A DNA stretch of 64,000 bases, from positions 3,586-67,585 of the forward strand of contig WRAQ01000011.1 of assembly GCA_009780115.1 (NCBI GenBank). The letters are read 5' to 3'. Shown here piece after piece: positions 54,454 to 63,300 of the stretch. The notes below the pieces were generated by a model. That model did no database searches. It saw only the letters and a list, made by a program, of their open reading frames with translations, and was not told the DNA's origin. The position numbers and the translations under genes are program-made. The stretch's first letter is position 1; each line of letters opens with the position of its first letter. The stretch comes from Lachnospiraceae bacterium (GTDB taxonomy: Bacteria > Bacillota > Clostridia > Lachnospirales > Lachnospiraceae).

Positions 54454-56616
54454 TTGAAGAAAGGTTTAATATTTTTACCATTTATGTTACTGGCCGGTAT
54501 ACTATTAATTAGTTGCAGGGGCGGCCATGAAAAAGATGCTTCCGAGACTAAAAATTATTATTTGTCAGAGCCTTTTGAAATTTCCCGTAATATAATTAAT
54601 TGTCTGACGGTTCATAAAAATACATTATATTACCTTAGTAATGAAGAAGACAAAATAATCCTTTGTCAAATAGATTTCGATAACTTTGATGAAACAGTTA
54701 CGGTATTACTTAATTTGCCGGTTGACCATAGAATATCGCAGATGATAATTGATGGTAACGGGATAATTAATATTCTTACATTTCAATATGATGATAACAA
54801 ATTCATTGGTTCGTTCTGGCACAAGTATGACAATAGCGGCGCATATATATCTTCAGTTTCAATTGGCCTACTCTTTGATAAGAATGAATTTCCCTATGCA
54901 GGCGGGTTCGTAATAGATAAAGATGGAAATGCTTGTATTGCGATAAATAATGACATTTATGTCATAAATTATCAAGGTGATTTAATTTTAACTGCTTCCA
55001 CCGGCGCAGATATACAAAATCTTTTTACGGATATCCAAGGTTCTATTTATGCCCTATGGATTCAAGGCGGGGCGGTTTTGCTGGCAGAATTATTAATTGA
55101 TGATGGTATTCTGGATTCTCAGCGGGCAATTGAATTAGGCAGTATTATCGGTGCGGGGCCAGGGTCAAATGGTTCTTTATTCTTTGCTGGTGTAAGAGGC
55201 GCTTATGATTATGATATCGGAAGTAAGACATTAAATGAAAGAATTGCATGGCTTGCAATAAATAAGTCAGTTAGTAGGGCAACAAAAGTTTTCCCTTTAG
55301 ATGATGAGCGTATCTTATGGGTTGGTAAAGCCGATAATTTTTCCGGGACCGCCGAAGACTTTAGTTTAATCCGTTTGATGAGCGATGAGGAAATATTGAT
55401 TAAACTGGCGGAAGAAGCAAATAAAGAAAGCAATTTAACTATCGGGGTGGTCGGCTGGTATTTGGGAAATGCGATTAAAGAAGCGATTGTTACATTTAAC
55501 AAAGAAAACCCTGATAATCAAATTGAAATAAAGCATTATGGTGTTGATGATTTTGAGGTTGGGGTTATCCAATTAAATATTGATATTATTAGCGGAAACT
55601 GTCCTGATTTATTAATATTGCCGCAGGAATTAGCGCTTGGTTTATATGCGGCGAAAGATTTATTGCAGGACCTTAATCCATATCTTGATAGCGATGAAAA
55701 TTTTGAGCGTTCTGACTATTATGAAAATATCCTCGGCGCATATGAGTTAAATGGAAGGTTACAGGGGATTCCGGTTAGCTTTAATGTCGATTGCTTAGTT
55801 GGTAAAAAGGTCCATCTTGGAGATAGGGGGGAGTGGAATATTGATGAGTTTATTGAATTTGCGGAACGCTTTCCGGATAGCAGTTTAGTATGGATACCAA
55901 TTAAAGAAATGGTCTTAGATATGTTATTAAAAAGCAATGGAGATAACATTATTGACAGGTTGAGTGATGATAATAGATTTAACCGTGAATTATTTATTAA
56001 GATAGTTGAATTTTCTAATCGTTTCATGCTTGTGGATGAATATAAATTCGGTGAAAGTATAATCAGGCGTATTAATGAGGGCGACGTTAAAATTATTAGC
56101 AGTGCGAAAGGCCTAGATGGATTTCAACACGATTTAGAAATATTTGGTGAGCCCGTAAGTTATATTGGTTACCCAACCGAACAGGGCAATGGTTTTTTGA
56201 TAGAATCAAATACATTCATATCAATTAGCAGGAATTGCCGTAATATTGAAGCGGCATGGAAATTTATCCAATATTTACTGTCTGATGATTTTCAACTTCA
56301 TGAGGAGCTTTCTGGTTATCCGCTTAAAAAAAGTGCCCTTGAAAAACGAATCGAGAAAGAAAGTAAAAAAAGCGGAACAATGGCGTTTGGCGGCGAGCTT
56401 GAATTGACATATAATCTTAGGCATAAAACTGATGATGAAATTAATGCTTTTTATGAGATGGTTAACCGGGCTGAAAAAGTCCGTTACTTAGATAAACAAA
56501 TAGATGAAATAATCAGAGAAGAAGTAGGGGCCTACTTTAGCGGGAACAAAACAGTCAATGAGGTAGCGGATGTTGTTGAAAACCGAGTTGGGATTTATAT
56601 TAAAGAAATGAAATAG
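54454..56616 (+). CDS. Lipoprotein: N-terminal beta-propeller-like repeat region fused to a family-1 extracellular solute-binding (SBP) domain
   Basis: GGAGG lies 7 nt before TTG 54454. Lipobox LLISC. Repeats of DGNG/DKDGN...I-type strands. C-terminal half resembles an SBP (NLTIGVVGWYLGNAIKEAI...GNCPDLLILP...). No permease or ATPase genes nearby. Confidence 0.6.
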   Translation: MKKGLIFLPFMLLAGILLISCRGGHEKDASETKNYYLSEPFEISRNIINCLTVHKNTLYYLSNEEDKIILCQIDFDNFDETVTVLLNLPVDHRISQMIIDGNGIINILTFQYDDNKFIGSFWHKYDNSGAYISSVSIGLLFDKNEFPYAGGFVIDKDGNACIAINNDIYVINYQGDLILTASTGADIQNLFTDIQGSIYALWIQGGAVLLAELLIDDGILDSQRAIELGSIIGAGPGSNGSLFFAGVRGAYDYDIGSKTLNERIAWLAINKSVSRATKVFPLDDERILWVGKADNFSGTAEDFSLIRLMSDEEILIKLAEEANKESNLTIGVVGWYLGNAIKEAIVTFNKENPDNQIEIKHYGVDDFEVGVIQLNIDIISGNCPDLLILPQELALGLYAAKDLLQDLNPYLDSDENFERSDYYENILGAYELNGRLQGIPVSFNVDCLVGKKVHLGDRGEWNIDEFIEFAERFPDSSLVWIPIKEMVLDMLLKSNGDNIIDRLSDDNRFNRELFIKIVEFSNRFMLVDEYKFGESIIRRINEGDVKIISSAKGLDGFQHDLEIFGEPVSYIGYPTEQGNGFLIESNTFISISRNCRNIEAAWKFIQYLLSDDFQLHEELSGYPLKKSALEKRIEKESKKSGTMAFGGELELTYNLRHKTDDEINAFYEMVNRAEKVRYLDKQIDEIIREEVGAYFSGNKTVNEVADVVENRVGIYIKEMK

Positions 56617-56680
56617 CCGTGCACGGCGCAGCAATATTCTTGTTGAAATGGTTCACACAGAAGCAATTTTCTATAAATAT

Positions 56681-56719
56681 AAAAAAGAAACCGGAGGGAG
56701 CTTGCGCTCACATCCGGTT
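56681..56719 (-). terminator. Terminator hairpin for the small minus-strand ORF (may also stop the plus-strand operon)
   Basis: On the minus strand: AACCGGA-17 nt-TCCGGTT followed by TCTTTTTTAT. Confidence 0.55.
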
Positions 56720-56953
56720 CCTATGTAAAAGGGGAATTTTACAATTTTTATTATACACCATCTTTTTCTGTTTGGCAAGTCTTTTTAAAAAAAAATTTTC
56801 AGAGTTAATTCTCAAAGTAAACTCCATAGTGACATTGTTGATTTCCTCATCAAAATAGACATTAAGGCCGGTCGGCCAATTTTTTCCAGGATTGATGATG
56901 ATAATTGTCCGTATGACTATAATATTGTCCAAATCAAAAATAGTTGCTTTCAT
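56708..56953 (-). CDS. Small hypothetical protein (81 aa)
   Basis: GGGAGG lies 6 nt before the ATG, and there is its own terminator. No recognisable motif. Contains a T9 run (56787-56795). Confidence 0.4.
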   Translation of the reverse strand: MKATIFDLDNIIVIRTIIIINPGKNWPTGLNVYFDEEINNVTMEFTLRINSENFFLKRLAKQKKMVYNKNCKIPLLHRNRM

Positions 56954-57118
56954 ATAGTCCTCCCTTCAAAGCATATTATGTTAATGTATCGCTTTTTTTG
57001 ACTGTGACAAGCGTTTAACTTTACATCTATCCACTTTCATACATAATTTACAGAATTTTGTACAAGACTATTAGGACGGTTAATAATGTAGAAGTAAAAT
57101 TACGGAGGAAAAAAATTT

Positions 57119-58033
57119 TTGGACAGTTTTAGGGTTAGGACGGATTTGGCGCTTGAAGCCAGGGAAAATATTGAGATTGATGCTGAAAATCTGCATGGAG
57201 TGCAGATTTTTGAGACTTATGATGAAAAAAGTGAAGTTCGCATCACCAAAGTCGTAATTGAAACCAAAAACGGTTCAAAAGTTATGGGCAAACCAATTGG
57301 AACATATGTTACTTTGGAAGCGCCGGCAATGATAGAACCTGATGAAAATTATCATAAAGAAATATCAATGGCTCTAGCGGAACAAATTCGTGAAATAATC
57401 CCCGGTTTAAATCATGAACAATCAATTCTCGTGATTGGGCTTGGCAACCGTGATGTAACCCCCGATGCCCTCGGGCCAAATGTTGTTGATAATCTTATTG
57501 TCACCAGACATATGGTCAAAGAATATGGCAAAGCTGCTTTTAACAATGAAGAAATTCATGTTGTCAGCGGGATTGTCCCCGGAGTTATGGCCAAAACCGG
57601 AATGGAGGCTGCAGAAATCACCCAAGGTATTATTGACCAGACAAAGCCCGATGTTGTAATTGTAATTGATGCGTTGGCAGCCCGCTCAACGAGACGGCTT
57701 AACCGCACGATTCAAATCACCGATACCGGTATTCATCCCGGTTCCGGAGTTGGCAATCACCGTAATGCCTTAACCGAAGAAAATCTTGGGGTGCCCGTCA
57801 TCGCTATCGGAGTCCCAACAGTCGTTGATGCTGCTACCATCGTTGGTGATGCAGTTGATAAAGCCTTAAAAGGAAAAGTAAATGACCACATTGAAATTCG
57901 CGAAGAGATGCTCAACAGCCTTGGTGAACTCCGGAATATGTATGTCACCGGTAAAGATGTAGATTTTGAAATAAAGCAAATTAGCCATATAGTTTGTGAT
58001 GCAATAAATAAGGCACTGGATTTGAGCTATTGA
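57119..58033 (+). CDS. gpr: Germination protease (spore SASP endopeptidase)
   Basis: RTDLALEARE N-terminus. GLGNRDVTPDALGP and IDALAARS blocks. TTG start with GGAGG upstream. Confidence 0.9.
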   Translation: MDSFRVRTDLALEARENIEIDAENLHGVQIFETYDEKSEVRITKVVIETKNGSKVMGKPIGTYVTLEAPAMIEPDENYHKEISMALAEQIREIIPGLNHEQSILVIGLGNRDVTPDALGPNVVDNLIVTRHMVKEYGKAAFNNEEIHVVSGIVPGVMAKTGMEAAEITQGIIDQTKPDVVIVIDALAARSTRRLNRTIQITDTGIHPGSGVGNHRNALTEENLGVPVIAIGVPTVVDAATIVGDAVDKALKGKVNDHIEIREEMLNSLGELRNMYVTGKDVDFEIKQISHIVCDAINKALDLSY

Positions 58034-58226
58034 CCTTATCGGGGCTGCTATTGAGCAACTTGTATAAGCGAAGATTTTTGAAAATTTTACCAAATAGCTA
58101 TTTAAAAAATTTTATTGTTGTTGACAAGATGGGGACAAATGATATACACTATGTTTTACATAGTGGTTAGAAACCAAAACTCTTTATTATCTATTTTATC
58201 ATGTATTATTCACAGAAGGTTATCAA

Positions 58227-58835
58227 TTGGAAATTATATCAGCAATATATTGGCGCGCTGGTTTACATAACATTGCCAATCCTAATTCAATTATGCTCAA
58301 AATCGCAAAATCAGAAAATGACACACTTTTGCTGGCTCTTATTTGTACTGATGATAGAAAATTATCCGAAGTTGAAATTGCCAGCGATTATGCGACAGAA
58401 GAAATGACTAAATGGTTTAATCATTTTCATTTATTAATAATATTGCAGAAAAAATCAATCAACTGGATTAAAAAAAGTCTAATCAAAACCTTGCAAGCTA
58501 TTCATGATGACTTATCTCATTACGATGAAAAAAATAGCATTTATCCGGGGATATCATTAGCGGTACTTGCAATATGGCGGAAAAAACATATTATACTGCA
58601 ATTTGGTGAGGCAAATGTGTATAAATTCAAGCGGCTGTTTAGCCGGAAGCAAGGAATCCTCTTATGCAGTAATAATTTTATAACAAAATTAAGTAAATCT
58701 CAAATAGATGAAGCGCTTAGGCCGTCAGAGTTTTGCCAAGAAAGTCAAATTACGAAACGGCTGGCCGGAATTGCGGACTATGTCAGACGAAAAGGGGAAG
58801 AAGATGGGCAGGCGGCTATTTATGTGAAGTTTTGA
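58227..58835 (+). CDS. Short, degenerate PP2C-like protein (candidate pseudophosphatase)
   Basis: Collinear by eye with PrpC/Stp. Conserved blocks are replaced: TDxGxxRxxNED by WRAGLHNIANPN, ADGMGG by CTDDRK, GDSR by GEAN, and CSDG by CSNN. TTG start with GAAGG upstream. Confidence 0.45.
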   Translation: MEIISAIYWRAGLHNIANPNSIMLKIAKSENDTLLLALICTDDRKLSEVEIASDYATEEMTKWFNHFHLLIILQKKSINWIKKSLIKTLQAIHDDLSHYDEKNSIYPGISLAVLAIWRKKHIILQFGEANVYKFKRLFSRKQGILLCSNNFITKLSKSQIDEALRPSEFCQESQITKRLAGIADYVRRKGEEDGQAAIYVKF

Positions 58836-58860
58836 TATTGATGAAAAGCAAGGAGCGAAA

Positions 58861-60282
58861 ATGAATAAAGTCCTAATCAATAGATATGAGTTAATCCGCG
58901 AAGTTGGACACGGCGGTGCCGGCCTCGTTTACCTTGCATATGACAGGCATTTGCAACATGAGATTGCGATAAAAAAGCTATCATTTAAGCGGGCAAAAAC
59001 AGCCGGAAGTTTGTTTCACGAGGTCAACATGCTTAAGCAGATGGCACATCCTGCTTTGCCAATCGTATATGATTTTTTTCATGAAGATGAGGTTGAGGGA
59101 AATTTTTCAACTTTTGATTATGAGCCCAACGAAGGCGGAAATGGGTATAAAAATGAGTATATGGTGATGGAATATGTCAGAGGAACAAATTTGGCAGAAT
59201 ATATCAAGAAAAACGGTCCTATAATGAAGCGACAAGCGGTTATGTTTATAGAAAAATTACTTTCGGTAATTGAGTATCTTCATTCATTCAATCCGCCGTT
59301 TATTTATTGTGATTTAAAACCGGAAAATATTATGCTGGCAGATAATAATCAAATAAAGTTAGTCGATTTTGGCACCGCTTTTGTTCTTTATTCAAGCGGA
59401 AATACAGTCGTTTCAGGAACACCCGGTTTTACAGCTCCTGAGTTGCTTACAACTGGAAGTGAATATCATGAGAATAGCGATATTTATAGTCTCGGCGCGG
59501 TACTTTATTTTGCTTTAACCGGAAAAATCCCTGATACGAAGAGACTAGTAAGAAATCGGGCACAAACCAAAATACCACGCGGGATAAAAAGGATAATCGC
59601 CTGCTGTTTACACAGGAATCCGGAAAAGCGTTATCAAAATGTTCATCAGTTGAAAGCTGATTTGCTGAATTTGGAATACAATGAATTTACGCAAGTAATA
59701 AAGCGGTTTATTTACAAATTATTCGGTTTGATTATTCCGGTTATGATTTTTTTAGCAGGACTCTTTGTGATTTATCGTGAGAGTGTGAATCTGGGTATTC
59801 CTGTTTTAATCAGATCTGATGATAGTTGGCGCTGGAATAATGATTTTCCGCTTACCTTTGCTTTTTCATCTGGTGTATTATTGGTTCTCGCCGGGTTTTG
59901 CTTTATGCTTACGAACCGGGGGCAAAAAAAGAGAAATGTCAAAATAATAAAAAGTATCTGCCTTAGTGATAAAAAGACAGTCGGTTTGTGGATATTTTTC
60001 GCTTTTATTCTGCTCATTTTTGTGAGGCCTGATGAGGTATATGCAGTTAATATAGATTTAGAAAACCAATTTGTTTTAGGTGAATTGCCGGTTTTTATCC
60101 GTGACCGGGACGGGTATAAATTACTGATTCAAAATGGTACTATTTTTCGTCCGAAGAAAGATATCATCATTGAGATACCGCTTGATAAATTGCCGGAAGG
60201 GGTAGAAATGGTTTTGAAAGTAGTGTTGGAAGGGGAAGGGGGGATGCTTGAAAGCCGTGAGTATGTGGTAGTGGTTGAGTGA
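58861..60282 (+). CDS. Membrane Hanks-type Ser/Thr protein kinase (non-RD), 3 TM helices plus a small extracytoplasmic C-terminal domain
   Basis: RBS AAGGAG. G-loop GHGGAGLVY, IAIKKL, catalytic loop YCDLKPEN, DFG and TAPE. Followed by three hydrophobic helices and a tail of about 90 aa. Confidence 0.85.
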   Translation: MNKVLINRYELIREVGHGGAGLVYLAYDRHLQHEIAIKKLSFKRAKTAGSLFHEVNMLKQMAHPALPIVYDFFHEDEVEGNFSTFDYEPNEGGNGYKNEYMVMEYVRGTNLAEYIKKNGPIMKRQAVMFIEKLLSVIEYLHSFNPPFIYCDLKPENIMLADNNQIKLVDFGTAFVLYSSGNTVVSGTPGFTAPELLTTGSEYHENSDIYSLGAVLYFALTGKIPDTKRLVRNRAQTKIPRGIKRIIACCLHRNPEKRYQNVHQLKADLLNLEYNEFTQVIKRFIYKLFGLIIPVMIFLAGLFVIYRESVNLGIPVLIRSDDSWRWNNDFPLTFAFSSGVLLVLAGFCFMLTNRGQKKRNVKIIKSICLSDKKTVGLWIFFAFILLIFVRPDEVYAVNIDLENQFVLGELPVFIRDRDGYKLLIQNGTIFRPKKDIIIEIPLDKLPEGVEMVLKVVLEGEGGMLESREYVVVVE

Positions 60283-60304
60283 AATTAAATGATAACGATA
60301 AAAC

Positions 60305-60338
60305 ACCAATGCGTATTTTCATTTAAGAATACGCATTG
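60305..60338. terminator. Hairpin between the convergent kinase and GLUG-protein genes
   Basis: CCAATGCGTATT-ttcatttaag-AATACGCATTGG. Confidence 0.5.
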
Positions 60339-60352
60339 GCATCAACTATAAT

Positions 60353-63300
60353 TTATCGTATTGTGACATTTCCTGTTCCATGACTATTAAGCAGAGAACC
60401 GCGTGTCATATTTCCGGTTAGGCTTCCTGCGCTGCCTGTTGCATTAATATTCCCCGTCGCATGACTCTGCTCAACCATACCACCGCTCATACTTCCTATT
60501 AAACCACCTACGTTGCTTCTTCCTGTAATGTTGTTATTTGATTCGGATTGATTGATTGTACCGGAGTTGGTACCTATCAAACCACCAACATTATCAAGAC
60601 CGGAAAGGGTAGCGATTCCGTTGGAAAAGCCGTTTTGTATCGCGCCTTGGTTATTTCCGACAAGGCCTCCGGCAATGCTGCTGCTTGCGGTGAGACTGGT
60701 AATGTTGATTGAAAAGCTTTCTTCAATTACACCACTGCTGGTATTAATGCCTGTCAAGCCGCCAATTGTACCCGTGGCTCTCAAAGTTCCGCCGTCAATG
60801 CTTACATTGGTTATCAACCCGCGGTTTTGTCCCGCCAAGGTGCCGACATTGTTTCGGCCGGTAATATTTGTATCTTTAATGCTTAAATCAGTGATAAGTC
60901 CCGCGTTTACGCCGAACAAACCGACATTATCCTGTGTTGTGAGACTTATAGTTAATCCGTTTATGGTGTAACCATTGCCTGTTATTATTCCGCTGAATGG
61001 AGTTGTGGTGCTGCCAATTGGCTGCCATTCAATTTCCGATAAGTCGATATCAGCTTCCAGATAGAAGTTGCCCGAAAGATTATTTCGGATAGCGGATAAT
61101 TCTTCGGCGGTGGTTATACCAATACCACTCATGCTTATTGCACCACCCAATCCTTTAAGCGCAGGAAATGCACCGTCTTCTAGTTCCCAGATATCAATGA
61201 AGTCCCAATCAGCAAAGGTTTCCTGGTTCTTCATTTGTACTGTGGTTCTTGCTTCCGGAGATGTGGAAGGCCTACCGGTTATTGTTGTACTGAAATAACT
61301 GGATATAATTTGTATGGCACCGGTGGCAGTTCCTCTGAAACCATTAATATTGTTGGAGATGGTATAACTGTTTTCAATTCTTGAAATAGATGCAGTGGCA
61401 CCGGCACTTATATTACCAACGAAACCGCCGGCGGACAATGCCGATGATATACCACCCGATGCGAAGCTGTTTTTTATTATTGCCGAAGTATTATTTGTAA
61501 CAGCCATAATTCCGACAAAACCACCAATGTTGGCTGTTGCATTAACATTTCCGGTTGCAAAGCTTTGTTCAATGCCGCCCCTTGTAAATGAGCCGATAAA
61601 CCCGCCGGCTCTAGAGCCGGATGATGTTATACTTCCGACAGCATAACTTTCTGTGATTGTACCGCTGGTCATTGTTCCAATGAAGCCGCCGGCATTATCA
61701 CTAGTTGCGGTTACATTCCCGGTGGCATAGCATTCTCTGATAATACCCGCAGAAATATTCCCAATGAAGCCGCCAACACTGCCAGTTGCATTAACATTCC
61801 CAATCGCATTGCTTTGCTCAACTGTGCCACCGGTTATGGTTCCTATCAACCCGCCAACGTTATTTCTTCCTGTAATATTATTGTTTGATTCAGATTTATT
61901 AATTGTGCCGGAGTTTGTACCTATCAAGCCGCCGATATTATCAAGCCCCGAAAGGGTAGCGATTCCGTTGGAAGAAACGTTTGATACCATACCCTGATTG
62001 TTTCCGACAAGGCCGCCAATAGTATTGCTGCTTGCAGTAAGGCTTATGATATTGATGGAAACACTATCTTCAATTATCCCACTGGTGTTGTTAATGCCTA
62101 TCAATCCGCCAAGGATACCAGTGGCTCTTAAAGACCCGCCGTCAACGGTAATATTAGTTATTAAACCGCGGTTTTGCCCTGCCAGTGCCCCAATATTGTT
62201 TCGGCCAATAATGTTTGGATCTTTGATAATTAAGTCAGTAATAATTCCTGCGTTGACACTGAATAAACCAACATTATCTTGGGTAGTAAGGTTAGCTGTT
62301 AATCCGGTTATAGTGTAACCGTTGCCATCCAGTATCCCGCTGAATGGAGTGATTGTATTACCGATTGGTTGCCATCCGATTCTCGATAAGTCGATATCAG
62401 CTTCCAGACGGAAGTTGCCCGAAAGGTTGTTACGGATAGCAGATAATTCCTCGGCGGTGGTTATAGCGATATAATCCGTGCTTATCGCGCCGCCTAATCC
62501 TTTAAGTGCGGGGAATGAGCCATTTTCCAGTTCCCAAATATCAGCGAAATCCCAACCGTCAAAGGTTTCCTGGCTCTTCATCTGCACTGTAGTTTTTGCT
62601 TCAGGGGCGGAAGAAAGCCTATTGGTTATAGTCGTGCTGAAATAACTCGACAAGATTTGTATGGTACCAGTAGCGGTTCCCCTGAAACCATTGATATTAG
62701 AGGAAATAGTATAACTGTTTTCAATTCTCGAAACAGATGCGGAAGTGCCGGTACCCATGTTACCAACGAATCCGCCGGCAGATAATGCCGAAGATACACT
62801 GCCTGATGCAAAGCTGTTCCTTATTATAGCTGATGTATTGTTGGCAACAACCATATTTCCGACAAAACCGCCAATGTTGGCTGTTGCATTGGTACTTCCC
62901 GTTGCATAGCTTTGTTCAATTATACCTCTTGTAAAGGAGCCGATAAATCCGCCGGCCGTAAAACTTGAGGTGGTTGTGTTTCCGGCCGCGGAACTTTCGC
63001 TGACTGTGCCGTTACTCATACTTCCAATGAAACCGCCAATGTTGTTACTATTTGCAGTGATGAGTCCGGTTGCAGAGCTTTTATTGATAGTGCCGCCGGA
63101 TAAGTTTCCGATAAAGCCGCCTACTGCGCTGCCTGTCGAATTAATATTCCCTGTTGCATGACTTTGTTCAACAATACCGGCGGTCATGCTTCCTATTAAC
63201 CCACCGATATTGCTTCTGCCTACAATATTATTGTTTGATTCGGATTCATTGATTGTACCGGAGTTGACACCTGTCAAGCCGCCGATATTGTCAGGGCCGG

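Noticed and set aside
52085-57000. I looked for integrase or transposase genes, direct repeats or tRNA-adjacent att sites that would mark the AT-rich RiPP islet or the polysaccharide cassette as mobile elements.
   Set aside because: No such genes or flanking direct repeats are visible in the window. Only the compositional shift supports horizontal origin, so no mobile_element feature is reported.
56960-57118. I looked for a forespore (sigma-F/sigma-G type) promoter upstream of gpr.
   Set aside because: Only weak partial matches, such as CATACATAAT, were found, with no convincing -35 at the proper spacing. I could not support a call from sequence alone.
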